Below are positions 54,325-64,000 of a stretch of DNA of 64,000 nucleotides, in pieces; position 1 is the stretch's first letter; each line of letters begins with the position of its first letter. The notes under the pieces are model-generated. The model made no database searches, was not told the DNA's origin, and worked only from the letters and a program-made list of their open reading frames with translations. Both the position numbers and the translations under genes were made by a program. The stretch covers positions 64,001 through 128,000 of the forward strand of contig JBHLMG010000002.1 in the NCBI GenBank assembly GCA_048938385.1. Direction: 5' to 3'. Origin of the DNA: Promethearchaeota archaeon. Lineage in GTDB: Archaea > Asgardarchaeota > Hermodarchaeia > Hermodarchaeales > Hermodarchaeaceae.

Positions 54325-55962
54325 TTATCGCAGAATGATGTTTGCCCAAAACTGAGCGATTTGCTCTCGGGTTTCATAAGAGAGAAGACGGTAGTTGGCT
54401 AGCTGACGTGTTCCGCGTTGAATGTGTTCAGAGCTAAAGGGTCTTGTTAACCAATTTTGCTCTTGGGCTTGTTCATCCAACATATTACGGAATAATGAGT
54501 TTGATCTAATTTCAGTTCGTAGTAGTTGGATTAGTTGATCTCCAAAGATTTCGTCAAATAACTGGACATGATAAGCGGATTGTGACCCTTCTAGAAGACG
54601 AAGTGGAGGAATAACACCATACCGTCCTTCACCATTACCTACTTTGATGACAAAAACCGGAACAACCAAGCGCATCAGGGGTAGATATCCTTGGAGGGTT
54701 TCCGCAGGAGCACTGATCGATTCAAATTGATGGTGTTCTTGGTCGATTTGATTGCGTAATTTTTCCAAGGATTCTTTCAACTCGCCATGAAGTTGGATTG
54801 TGGCTTCACGAACCATGTCGAGTTCAGATAACTGGGCATCCAGAGAATCTTCTGGAGTTGAACTAGAATATACTAAAGTGCCGGGTGGAAAAGGAGCCGC
54901 AGGTTCAGTCAAAGGTTCTTCTTGACTCCACTCGAATCTTTGTTCTGCCTCTTTGAGTTGTTCCATTTTATCATCAATTTCAGTTATGGCTTGTTTAATT
55001 GCGGCTTGAAAAAGAGTTGCAGTATTGTCTAGTTCCATTAATCGCGCTTTGACATTTGCGAGATGCCATTCCGCGTTGGTGGGTTTCGCTTGAATCTGAC
55101 TTATCAATCGACGACATTGATCTGTAGAAAGCCCCAATGTGGACTCGAGTTTTGTGATGAGATCCGCAAGATCTTGGGATATTCGCTCCTTTTCTTGGCC
55201 CAATTTTTGAGCTGGTTCATCTACAAAAAATGACGGAGCAGGCTCGCTTTCTATAGGTGTCGTTTCCCAGCGAAGAGATGCTCCAGGAGCCATTCGATCT
55301 CGTTTTGCATCAACAAGATGTAATTGTTCTTCAACAAATTCATCTATAAGATTCTCAACTTGTCCGAGCTGTGCCAGGTTGCTGTCAAAACGAGCTCGTT
55401 CATTCCTGAATAATATGCCTACATCGTGAATTTCCTTGGTTGATAGACGGGACTGAAGACAGAGTTCTTCCCTAGGGGGAGGGATAGATGGTTCAACGAG
55501 TAATTGCAAGGTATCAATCATTGTTGGCAACATAGCGTTTCGAATCACGAGGCGTTCGCTTTGAGGTTGTTCAAAAAGCTGGATGATTTCTCCAAGAAAT
55601 CGGGGCACCTGTTCTGGTTGTTCAATTCCACGGAGTTGTTCACGTAGATGGACTAAAGAGGGAATCGATGAATGTCGGACTGAAATCGCAGGTTCTCCTA
55701 CACCACTGATAATCAAGCTTCGTCCTGGCAAGGCATGGACAAGGTAGAAGGGAACATAAAGACGAGCTAAATACACCAAAGGAATTGAACTGCTCTTCAC
55801 TTGGGTCCGAAAATACATCACGGCTGATACCAAGTCAGCTTCCTCTGTAGATGTGAAGCCATTTCTCATTGCTTCGGGAGGGCCTTTAATGAAGGTTGCG
55901 ACCTTGGTTATCGCCACTTTATAACCCCTAGGGAGATTAGCTACCCAATTGATGAAAACCAA
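54325..55962 (-). CDS. Hypothetical coiled-coil protein
   Basis: Long heptad-rich helical centre flanked by similar beta motifs. True start may be ATG 55869. Confidence 0.65.
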   Translation of the reverse strand: MVFINWVANLPRGYKVAITKVATFIKGPPEAMRNGFTSTEEADLVSAVMYFRTQVKSSSIPLVYLARLYVPFYLVHALPGRSLIISGVGEPAISVRHSSIPSLVHLREQLRGIEQPEQVPRFLGEIIQLFEQPQSERLVIRNAMLPTMIDTLQLLVEPSIPPPREELCLQSRLSTKEIHDVGILFRNERARFDSNLAQLGQVENLIDEFVEEQLHLVDAKRDRMAPGASLRWETTPIESEPAPSFFVDEPAQKLGQEKERISQDLADLITKLESTLGLSTDQCRRLISQIQAKPTNAEWHLANVKARLMELDNTATLFQAAIKQAITEIDDKMEQLKEAEQRFEWSQEEPLTEPAAPFPPGTLVYSSSTPEDSLDAQLSELDMVREATIQLHGELKESLEKLRNQIDQEHHQFESISAPAETLQGYLPLMRLVVPVFVIKVGNGEGRYGVIPPLRLLEGSQSAYHVQLFDEIFGDQLIQLLRTEIRSNSLFRNMLDEQAQEQNWLTRPFSSEHIQRGTRQLANYRLLSYETREQIAQFWANIILR

Positions 55963-56023
55963 TACTCGCGGAATGTATAATCTTTTTGGCTAAGAACTGG
56001 TACAAAGTAGGAATAATTGCACC

Positions 56024-57415
56024 GTGGATATGATTTCAATGCCAAGGCAAATCATTGTAATTGGCTGCGGAACCGCAGGAGCCGCAGCTACACTAATGGC
56101 TCGCAAAACCGACCGAAACGCTACTATCACCATCATCCAAGGCGAATCACTTCCTGAATACAGTCGTTGTGGACTACCTTATACTGTGAACAAGAAAATT
56201 CCCAACATGGAAGATGTGATTATCCATCCTAATACCTTCTACACAGGAAATTTAGTGAGGGCAAATTTACTACTTGATACTTTAGCCCTTAGCCTTGATA
56301 TCAAGAAGAAACGAGTCGAAATAAAAACTCCTGATGAGGGTTCGGATCACCTTGCATACGATGCTCTTGTCCTAGCAACGGGGGCGGAACCTAGCACACC
56401 ACCTATTAATGGATTGGATGCTCCGCATGTCCATCGTTTGCATACCTTCAATGATGCAAAAAAGCTTCAGGCAGTAGCTAAAACAGGGAAAAAGGCAGTC
56501 ATCATTGGCGCTGGTCTCGTTGGATTAGAAACTGCTGAAGCGCTTCACAGCTTAGGTCTCAAGATCACTGTCGTTGAGTTTCTTAACCAAGTGTTACCGG
56601 CAATGCTTGATGAAGAAATTGCCACATTGGTTCAAGAACGCATGGAGGATGAAGGAATAGTTCTCAAATTGGGAACGGCAGCTAAAACGGTTACTGACAC
56701 TGAAGTTGTCATGGCTGATAGGGAAACCCAAACTGAATTTCAAGTTAAGGCTGACATTGTTGTCGTAGCCACAGGTGTCCGGGCTAATACCACACTAGCT
56801 CAAGGGGCTGGTGTTAAACTTGGTGAGCGTAAAGGCATCCTCGTTAACGATCAGATGCTAACCAGTGTTCCAGATGTTTACGCCGCGGGGGATTGCGCAG
56901 AGCACTTGGACTTGGTCACTGGGCAGACAGTGGTTTCGGGACTTGGTAGCGTTGCACTCCGGCAAGGAGAAGTCGCAGGAACGAATGCTGCTGGTGGGAA
57001 GGCAAAATTAGACGGAGTGGTTCTCGCTCGGACAACTCATCTTTTTGGTTTAGAGGTTGCAGGAGTGGGACCTACACGCGTTGCTGCAGAGCTGGCTAAT
57101 CTACCTATTTTAGCTGGTAAATTTAAGGGTAGTAGAACAGCGGAGTATTATCCAAGTGATGAGGAAGTGACCATTAAACTCCTTGCCAATAAGGATTCAG
57201 GTCGGCTCATAGGGGGGCAAGCTATTGGTCCTTGTGCCCACCAAAGGGCGAATATTCTCAGTGCAGCCTTAGCGGCTAAAATGACTATTCAACAAGTGGC
57301 GGATCTAGAAACTTGCTATGCGCCACCTGTCGCACCTATTCGCGAACCTTTGACTATGGCTGCTCAGATCCTTGCTTTGCGATATGAACGAATGCAACAA
57401 AAGCAGCAGAAATAA
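56024..57415 (+). CDS. CoA-disulfide reductase / NADH oxidase-family flavoprotein
   Basis: GCGTAG, YSRCGLPY (single redox Cys), ATG, GAGLVGLE, AAGDC, YAPP. Confidence 0.9.
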   Translation: MDMISMPRQIIVIGCGTAGAAATLMARKTDRNATITIIQGESLPEYSRCGLPYTVNKKIPNMEDVIIHPNTFYTGNLVRANLLLDTLALSLDIKKKRVEIKTPDEGSDHLAYDALVLATGAEPSTPPINGLDAPHVHRLHTFNDAKKLQAVAKTGKKAVIIGAGLVGLETAEALHSLGLKITVVEFLNQVLPAMLDEEIATLVQERMEDEGIVLKLGTAAKTVTDTEVVMADRETQTEFQVKADIVVVATGVRANTTLAQGAGVKLGERKGILVNDQMLTSVPDVYAAGDCAEHLDLVTGQTVVSGLGSVALRQGEVAGTNAAGGKAKLDGVVLARTTHLFGLEVAGVGPTRVAAELANLPILAGKFKGSRTAEYYPSDEEVTIKLLANKDSGRLIGGQAIGPCAHQRANILSAALAAKMTIQQVADLETCYAPPVAPIREPLTMAAQILALRYERMQQKQQK

Positions 57416-57471
57416 CTCACTGTTACTCAAACTCAGCTCACAGATGTAACTGGATATGTGGAAAAACGGTT

Positions 57472-57930
57472 CTAGGTACTTTCTTTAAGCTTCTGAATAG
57501 CCAATGTCACGCCTTGAATTATCGCCTCAGGTTTTGGTGGACAACCAGGAACATAAACATCGACGGGAATCGCCTTGTCAACTCCTCCAATAATCGTATG
57601 TGTTTCTTCAACATTCGAACCTTCTCCTTCAACAAAAATGCCACCTGTACATGCACAGGATCCCAAAGCAATGACGGTCTTGGGAGCTAGCATTTGATCA
57701 TAAATCCGTTTGATGAACACTTTCGAATGCTTTGAAACACACCCATTTGTAACTAAAATATCAGCGTGCCGTGGGTTTTGCTTCCATAGTACTCCAAATC
57801 GCTCAACATCAAATCGCGGAGTTAACACATCCAACACTTCAATGTCGCAATTATTGCAGCCCCCCGCGTGAAGCACTGCTATCCAAGGAGATTTGCCACG
57901 AGCCCAACTCAGAATACCCAACACTTCCAC
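57472..57930 (-). CDS. Group 4 hydrogenase small subunit (NuoB-like)
   Basis: GCNNCDIE, PRHAD, GSCACTGG, VPGCPP. Confidence 0.93.
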   Translation of the reverse strand: MEVLGILSWARGKSPWIAVLHAGGCNNCDIEVLDVLTPRFDVERFGVLWKQNPRHADILVTNGCVSKHSKVFIKRIYDQMLAPKTVIALGSCACTGGIFVEGEGSNVEETHTIIGGVDKAIPVDVYVPGCPPKPEAIIQGVTLAIQKLKEST

Positions 57931-57932
57931 CT

Positions 57933-58508
57933 CTAATACTGCAACTCCCTTAGATCCTTTGTGCTCAAGGATCCCTTCAATGAAAAAATCCTTTGAGCGA
58001 AAAGTAGTAACACGAGAATCAAGCCCCCTGAAAACACCAACAATAATCCCTCAATCAAAATATCAAATGCCGGTACCAGTAAATGCACGGAATAAGTGAG
58101 AATCGAAACACTAACGGTGGTCTTTCTTAAATCCGTCTTACTTAACAATCCGTATAGTCCGATGAGGATAACTGGCCACTGAATGCTTGTCACTCCCAGT
58201 ATGAAAAATGAGATGACAAAAGCGATTATGACCAAAGTAATCAATAGTACCATTGAAGGCACCCGAGTAAGTAACGACGGCTCCTCGATTATTTTGGTAC
58301 GTATTGTCGTAAAATACAGACTTACTGGCATAAACCCAATGAAAAAGATTGTAAAAGGGACTATGTCCAGCACAATTCCCTCGAGGAGTGATTCAGTAGT
58401 GAGAATTGTTCCCAGAATTGCTAAAAGCACAGGGACGGCACGAAAATCCCATATTTCAATGATTGCCATCACTAAGATGATAATAATCACACCTATGACT
58501 GGATTCAC
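57933..58508 (-). CDS. Hydrogenase-associated membrane subunit
   Basis: About 6 TM helices. Start reassigned to GTG 58508, which overlaps the upstream TGA. Confidence 0.7.
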   Translation of the reverse strand: MNPVIGVIIIILVMAIIEIWDFRAVPVLLAILGTILTTESLLEGIVLDIVPFTIFFIGFMPVSLYFTTIRTKIIEEPSLLTRVPSMVLLITLVIIAFVISFFILGVTSIQWPVILIGLYGLLSKTDLRKTTVSVSILTYSVHLLVPAFDILIEGLLLVFSGGLILVLLLFAQRIFSLKGSLSTKDLRELQY

Positions 58509-59071
58509 TCCTCCCACCTCCGTGAATAATACTTCTGCGGATGCGTATTTAGTTGGTAAGACGATTTTCTCCGACACTCGCTACACAGATTCAAATATTT
58601 TGATAAATCTTCTATCACTTCTGTAGTTAAACGGGCATCTATATTTTCTATGATCCGGGTTCGAATTTTTTCGAGATGTTGAGGGGTGGATACCGGTGTT
58701 CCGCATTTCTCGCAAGGTACTAAGTCAAAGTTGATTGTGACAGTAGCCTGATCCTTGTCATTAATGGCTATCTCAAACTGCTCGGAAAGAGTGATTCCGT
58801 CCTCTGGACAAATATCCTCACAGCGCCCACAAAAAATGCATCTTGGATAGAAAATACTTAAGGTACGGGTATGGTCATCATCCTTCAGAGAGATGGCTTT
58901 GGCAGAGCAAGAAACGACACAAGCGCCACAACCAATACATTTCTCTTTATCGAACTGGGGAAGGCCTCTAAGTCCTGGTGGAAGGTGGCTAGGTGGACCA
59001 AAAGGGTATTTTGTAGTTGCGGGTTTAAATAGCGCTTTCAACGCTTCTTTGATCGCTGTTATTTTGACCAT
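58505..59071 (-). CDS. 2x[4Fe-4S] subunit (NuoI/HycF-like)
   Basis: CIGCGACVVSC, CIFCGRCEDICP, plus CEKC and CSEC; start ATG 59071. Confidence 0.92.
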   Translation of the reverse strand: MVKITAIKEALKALFKPATTKYPFGPPSHLPPGLRGLPQFDKEKCIGCGACVVSCSAKAISLKDDDHTRTLSIFYPRCIFCGRCEDICPEDGITLSEQFEIAINDKDQATVTINFDLVPCEKCGTPVSTPQHLEKIRTRIIENIDARLTTEVIEDLSKYLNLCSECRRKSSYQLNTHPQKYYSRRWEE

Positions 59072-59072
59072 A

Positions 59073-60071
59073 TCAGAATCCCACCATGACACGTGTTAAG
59101 GAAATCAATGCTAAGGCAAGGGTTATTGTGAAAAACCACTTGAATACATGATTAATTCGGTACCTCGCGCTTTTTACATGAATTATCGTCATCAAAATAA
59201 CGACTAAGAGACATTTCACGAGGAAGACCAGAATATCAAATGGAAAGATTAGACCATCACCCCCACCTAAGTAGAGATCAACAAAGAGGGCGGAAAAAAC
59301 ATAGAATCGAAACATTCGAGCTAACTCGAAGATACCTAATAAGGGTCCACCATATTCCGTGAGTGGACCAGCAAAGATCTCTTGTTCTGCCTCAGGGATA
59401 TCTCCAAAAGGGCGCATCCACGATTTGGTAAGAAGACTGAGGAATAGAGTGATGGCGGCAAGAGGATAGCGAAAGACAAACCACTTTGGGAGAATCCAAA
59501 CGAATTGACCAACTTGTGCTATAATGACGGTTGTAATAGACAGTGATAATTCTGAACCAAAGCCGCTTATCGCTAATGAGGGAATGAGGAGTGAGATGGC
59601 TAAGGGAAGTTCTACGCTCAGAAGTATGGTGACCTCTCGACTACTCCCAATTTTTCCCCATGGTGATCCAGAAGCCCACCCCGCCAGGACAAATGCCACT
59701 GAAAACATGACGGAAAAGTACAAAATCACAATTAAATCCCATGAGACCGCACCAGGCCAATACGATACACCAGGTGGAACCATGAAACTTAACGCTAGAA
59801 TGGCGCTCAGGGCAATTAAGGGTGCGAGAATATAAACTGTTTTATGCGCTAGCTTTGGGAGGAAACGCTCTTTTCCTAACAACTTGACGATGTCGGCAAT
59901 GGGCTGGTACCAAGGAGGTCCCCTTCGAGCTTGAAGCCGTGCAGACACTTTTCGAAACACCCAGTACGCTAGCCAACTAAAGATAAAGGCTAGTCCAATA
60001 GCAGCGAAATACAATCCTAGAATTGGGGCGAAGGAGAATCCTAAAGACAGGATATCAAACATCATATCCAC
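59073..60071 (-). CDS. NuoH/HycD-like membrane subunit
   Basis: RKVSARLQARRGPP..QP.AD..KL, PFGDIPEAEQE, EY.G. Confidence 0.92.
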   Translation of the reverse strand: MDMMFDILSLGFSFAPILGLYFAAIGLAFIFSWLAYWVFRKVSARLQARRGPPWYQPIADIVKLLGKERFLPKLAHKTVYILAPLIALSAILALSFMVPPGVSYWPGAVSWDLIVILYFSVMFSVAFVLAGWASGSPWGKIGSSREVTILLSVELPLAISLLIPSLAISGFGSELSLSITTVIIAQVGQFVWILPKWFVFRYPLAAITLFLSLLTKSWMRPFGDIPEAEQEIFAGPLTEYGGPLLGIFELARMFRFYVFSALFVDLYLGGGDGLIFPFDILVFLVKCLLVVILMTIIHVKSARYRINHVFKWFFTITLALALISLTRVMVGF

Positions 60072-61924
60072 CCCACAGTTACCCCTATTAACAGCAGCAC
60101 TGCAAATATGACAAACCAGAGTAAATACATGTTAATTGATCCAGTGTGGGTTTTCCTCACAGCATTCAACATTGACCGAAATGGATAGGCAAAAACAGTG
60201 GATGGCGGGTTTACCTCTTCAATCTTGAAATAGGGCTCTGCGAGGGTTCCACCAGTGAAAGGCATTGCTTTATCACCGGTTTCAACCGGTGTAACGCCCC
60301 ACTGGAATCGATAGAGGATGTATCCAATAATGAATCCAATAAGCATCAATGTTGCAATTAAAAAGGGGTCCCATGCTCCACCAAAGAAGAATAAATTTGT
60401 GAAAAGATTCACAGGTGGCGGAATTCCTGTTGGAATGAGACTAAGGGTTGCAGGATAGACCAAAAAGAAGATGGCGAATTGGGGGATGATTCCAAAAAGA
60501 ATACATCCTGTAGCTAACACAACTGATGGAGCCAGCATACTCTTCGAAATCGAGCGTGCATCAACTATGGTTTGTGAGGATGTTCCAAGAAATACTGAGC
60601 ACAATAAACGAAGAAATACGGCAAAGGTTAGAGCTGAAGTGAATATTGCAATGAAGGCGAAGACAGGCTGCCCAGCTGCAATACAGGCATTGTACACCAT
60701 CCATTTGCTGATGAAGCCGTTCAATAACGGAACGCCCGCAACGGATAAGGATCCGATAAGCATCACATAGCCAGTCGTGGGCATAGTACGAAGTAATCCG
60801 CCTAATTTGTTCAAGTCCTTTGTTCCGGTTTCATGCTCAACCGTTCCAGCACTAAAGAAGAGCACTGATTTGAAGAGACTGTGGTTAATTAAATGGAAGA
60901 GTCCAGCTGCTATACCACCTGCTGCGATACCAAGCCATACACTATCTGCTGTGATATTGTAATAGCTCAAGGCAAGCCCTCCAATCCCAAACCCCAAGAT
61001 TACATATCCCATTTGGCTAACGCTATCGAAGGCGAGCAGGCGTTTCAAATCATTTTGTGCAAAGGCTATAATGACGCAGATGAGCATAGTTAATGCTCCC
61101 AGAATGCACACTAGAAGCCAAAAGTTGACATTCACAAACAGTGAATTAAATGTCAACAGGATAAGAAACGCAGGCATTCCAGCAACTTTTATCATCATGG
61201 CGTGTAGCAAAGTGCTAATCGATGCAGGTGCAACTGTTGAAGCATCGGGAAGCCATGTGTGGATTGGAAATGAAGGAAGCTTAACAAGAAATCCCATGAA
61301 TACCAGAAAGATCGCCAGCTTCCCCTCAAAACCCATTAGAACACCTGAAGCTAACAACAGCTCAATACCAAAGGCTGCTATTCCGGCTAATCCTCCTCCC
61401 GACGCTAGCTGGTAGCAAAGCGCTAACCCCCCAACGACAAAGAGAGATGCAAAAATTTGGATGATGAGGTATTTTGTAGCTCCTTCAAGGGATTTGGTTT
61501 TTCGATGGTGGGCAATGAGGAACGCAGACCAAATTGTTGAAGCTTCTGCGAGCACAAAAAGCCACAAAAGGTTCCAACTATAGGCCATACCGATGAGGCT
61601 ACCAATCGTCATTAGTGTGAAGAAACTATAGGTTCCTTCTCGCTCTTCGATGTACTTGAGGGAGTAAACAGTTACCAGAAACCCAATAAGGGCGGCAATC
61701 AATGCGATGAAATTAGTATAACCATTCACAGTGAAGTTAAATCCTAATATTGCAAACACACTTACTCCCACAAAGGGGCTGAATATGTTAGCAATGACCG
61801 CTGCTAACGCGTAACTCGTTGCGAGAATGGCAAACACATCATTTACTCTTCGAAAACGAGTCCCTAAGAGCGAGAGAACTGCAGCGAGGTAGAGGCTGAC
61901 TAGGATTAGAGCAGGATCAATCAT
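60062..61924 (-). CDS. Antiporter-like proton-translocating subunit (NuoL/M/N, HyfB-like)
   Basis: E in LAEAST, KLPSFPIHTWLPDA, KRLLAF, NHSLFKS, PLLNGFISKW. Confidence 0.92.
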   Translation of the reverse strand: MIDPALILVSLYLAAVLSLLGTRFRRVNDVFAILATSYALAAVIANIFSPFVGVSVFAILGFNFTVNGYTNFIALIAALIGFLVTVYSLKYIEEREGTYSFFTLMTIGSLIGMAYSWNLLWLFVLAEASTIWSAFLIAHHRKTKSLEGATKYLIIQIFASLFVVGGLALCYQLASGGGLAGIAAFGIELLLASGVLMGFEGKLAIFLVFMGFLVKLPSFPIHTWLPDASTVAPASISTLLHAMMIKVAGMPAFLILLTFNSLFVNVNFWLLVCILGALTMLICVIIAFAQNDLKRLLAFDSVSQMGYVILGFGIGGLALSYYNITADSVWLGIAAGGIAAGLFHLINHSLFKSVLFFSAGTVEHETGTKDLNKLGGLLRTMPTTGYVMLIGSLSVAGVPLLNGFISKWMVYNACIAAGQPVFAFIAIFTSALTFAVFLRLLCSVFLGTSSQTIVDARSISKSMLAPSVVLATGCILFGIIPQFAIFFLVYPATLSLIPTGIPPPVNLFTNLFFFGGAWDPFLIATLMLIGFIIGYILYRFQWGVTPVETGDKAMPFTGGTLAEPYFKIEEVNPPSTVFAYPFRSMLNAVRKTHTGSINMYLLWFVIFAVLLLIGVTVGWI

Positions 61925-61931
61925 TGTTGCT

Positions 61932-63158
61932 TCATCCGAAGAACTTGGATAGTTCCGCTAATGTTAGATGTTGAGAGGTCCCCGAAGTTTCATCCTTGAT
62001 ATGCGTAACTCGGTCGGTACACGCCATACATGGATCAACAGATGCCACTGTGATTGGCACATCAGCCAATTCCTGTCCTCGGAGCATGAAGAGGAGGGCA
62101 TAATCATTCAAATACGAAGGTGTCCGAACACGGGCTCTTCCCGGATTTCTAGTCCCATTGGAAACGAGGTAGTAGAGGAGTTCACCTCTCGGTGCTTCTA
62201 CGCGTCCTACAGCTTCGCCTGGTGGAAATTCCTTTACTTCGGTCTTGATGGGTCCTCCAGTCTGTTTGAGTTTGTCTAAACAAAACTCAGAGATCTTCAC
62301 TGATTCGACAAGTTCGCCTAATCGAACTAACGCCATGGAAAAAATGTCGCCGTTCTCGGCTGTGATTACATCAAAAGGAGCTTCATCATAGGCCGCATAG
62401 GGATCATCTTTTCGAACATCGATTTTGATTCCCGCGGCTCGGGCAACGGGGCCAACTACACAAATCTTCTTGGCAATTTCTCTGTCAAGTGTTCCTATTC
62501 CCTTCGTGCGTGATTTGATTTCTAGGTCTTCTAGCACGGCTTTTGTCGCGGTAATTGTTGCTTGGTGTAATACCTTTAGCTTTTCTTCAATTTTCGGGAT
62601 CATATCTTTCGTAATGTCTCTTCGGACTCCCCCGATGGTATTCATAGCGTAATGTTGACGATTTCCTGAGATGGCTTCAAGCACATCCAGCACGTGTTCC
62701 CGATCTCGCCATATCAACATAAACAAAGTCTTGAATCCAATTAATTCCATACCAACTCCCGCCCACAATAGGTGGCTATGGATCCTTTCTAATTCGGCAA
62801 CGAGAGTTCGAATATAGCGGGCGCGATCAGGAATTTCTACCTCTCCAAGCATTTCTACGGTCCTTGTATACGCAGTCGTATGTGCGGCACTACAAATTCC
62901 ACAGACGCGTTCAAAGAGATAGAGGTTCTGCCAATAGCTTCGCTCCTCAGCGAGCTTCATAATCCCGCGATAGTTGTACCCTAACTTTATGTCCGCTTCT
63001 AATACTTTTTCACCTTCGACCTTCAACTTGAAATATTCTCCTTCGAGCAAGGCAGGATGAAATGGACCCAAAGGAATGATATATTCAGGAGCAGTGACTT
63101 CATTAATTTCCAGTGGAATCGTTATTTCTCTTGTAGCTAGTTTTTTCTTCTGTGACAT
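61932..63158 (-). CDS. Group 4 [NiFe]-hydrogenase large subunit
   Basis: GPFHP, ERVCGIC (L1), ELERIHSH, EAPRGE, DPCMACTDR (L2) plus a C-terminal extension. Confidence 0.95.
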   Translation of the reverse strand: MSQKKKLATREITIPLEINEVTAPEYIIPLGPFHPALLEGEYFKLKVEGEKVLEADIKLGYNYRGIMKLAEERSYWQNLYLFERVCGICSAAHTTAYTRTVEMLGEVEIPDRARYIRTLVAELERIHSHLLWAGVGMELIGFKTLFMLIWRDREHVLDVLEAISGNRQHYAMNTIGGVRRDITKDMIPKIEEKLKVLHQATITATKAVLEDLEIKSRTKGIGTLDREIAKKICVVGPVARAAGIKIDVRKDDPYAAYDEAPFDVITAENGDIFSMALVRLGELVESVKISEFCLDKLKQTGGPIKTEVKEFPPGEAVGRVEAPRGELLYYLVSNGTRNPGRARVRTPSYLNDYALLFMLRGQELADVPITVASVDPCMACTDRVTHIKDETSGTSQHLTLAELSKFFG

Positions 63159-63587
63159 TTATCCCACTTCCTCCGAAGGCCAAGCATAGGGGAGAAAGAG
63201 TTTCCGAGGATCAGGATGGCCTTCGAAGTCAATTCCCATAAGGTCCATTAGTTCCCTTTCAGCCCAGTTGGCGGACCAAGCCACCTTGGTAACTGATTCA
63301 ATGACAGGGGTTTTTCTTGGAAGTCTTACTTTCACAGATAACATGAGGCCGCGCTCTTGGTGTGAGAAATCGAAGTGATAAACGAGGTCAAATCCTTGGA
63401 TTCCTTCATCTGTTGCTGATATTGCTACAAGTTTTCCATTCTCTGCGATTAGAAGCTCGGTGATTTCTCTTATTCGGGTTGAGTTAGACCGCAGATAGTG
63501 TCTGTTATACTTGTCATGGCGCTCCTCAACGAAATCGGTTTTAAGGAGTTTCTTTAATCTTCGATTGAGTTCTTCTATTCGACCCAT
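63159..63587 (-). CDS. NuoC-like hydrogenase subunit
   Basis: ANWAERE..DL.GI.FEGHPDPR. Confidence 0.92.
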   Translation of the reverse strand: MGRIEELNRRLKKLLKTDFVEERHDKYNRHYLRSNSTRIREITELLIAENGKLVAISATDEGIQGFDLVYHFDFSHQERGLMLSVKVRLPRKTPVIESVTKVAWSANWAERELMDLMGIDFEGHPDPRKLFLPYAWPSEEVG

Positions 63588-64000
63588 CTAATTACCTCCA
63601 GGTCGGATTTTCGCTATGAGTGTATCTGTTTTAATCCGATGTCTATCAAATCCGATGTCTTCTGGTTTGAAACCGAAACTTAGCGCCATCAGTTCCATTA
63701 GATTCAGCATAGGAATGTCGAATCGGACTCCTTTGCGTCTCAGGAGTAACTGAGCGTTCTCTAGAACATCGTAGCACCCTGGGCAAGCCGTGACAATACA
63801 ATCCACCTTAGCCGCTTGCATTTTCTCTAACTTGAACCTCGATCGTTCTTCAGTGGCTTTATCAAGTGAATATAACGATAGTGGGAAACCGCAACAGATT
63901 TTTTCAGCACCATACTCTGCAACCTTGACTCCGAGAGCCTTCAAGATATTGTCAAAGTAAGAAACAAATTTTTCATTTGGGCTTTTGTACAACTTACAAC
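63588..64000 (-). CDS. Heterodisulfide reductase subunit B-like CCG-domain protein, 5' part outside the window
   Basis: Frame open to the window edge (..CKLY); CCG, ACPGC, P.L...EL.AL..G. Confidence 0.85.
   Translation of the reverse strand, partial: CKLYKSPNEKFVSYFDNILKALGVKVAEYGAEKICCGFPLSLYSLDKATEERSRFKLEKMQAAKVDCIVTACPGCYDVLENAQLLLRRKGVRFDIPMLNLMELMALSFGFKPEDIGFDRHRIKTDTLIAKIRPGGN

Noticed and set aside
58509-58577. Long overlap between the membrane subunit and the ferredoxin-like gene
   Set aside because: Resolved by a GTG start at 58508 overlapping the upstream TGA.
61932-63158. Selenocysteine in the hydrogenase or other redox genes
   Set aside because: All ligand positions seen are Cys codons, with no in-frame TGA at motif positions.
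1-64000. CRISPR array, transposase, integrase, rRNA or tRNA
   Set aside because: None seen on reading; short ncRNAs cannot be excluded without a covariance-model search.

Overview
This is a gene-dense archaeal window, most likely from an Asgard archaeon. That call is an inference from a longin-Arf fusion, two Rab-like GTPases lacking prenylation motifs, archaeal FEN1 and EndoIV, and TATA/GGAGG-type signals. I found no rRNA, tRNA, CRISPR array or transposase. Content: (i) peptide-scavenging genes (active S8 and M6 membrane proteases, DppBCDF without DppA, oxoprolinase/hydantoinase A+B, aminotransferase); (ii) DNA repair genes (helicase, EndoIV, FEN1); (iii) a P3A H+-ATPase in an apparent insertion; (iv) a highly divergent PGK-like protein; (v) a 1,600-aa tail-anchored solenoid protein with Vps62/NPP1-like modules; (vi) a group 4 [NiFe]-hydrogenase operon headed by an HdrB-like gene at the right edge. 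The best candidate for an undescribed system is the minus-strand operon at 32283-40474. It encodes an ABC-2 permease, an ABC ATPase with two TrmB-C-like N-terminal barrels, a heavily glycosylatable and apparently catalytically dead subtilase with a GIFT/GATase-like domain (site-1-protease-like layout), and a second ATPase. The second ATPase lies in frame just past the pseudo-protease TGA and has no canonical start codon. A Rab-like GTPase follows. All domain calls come from motif recognition by eye; no searches were run.
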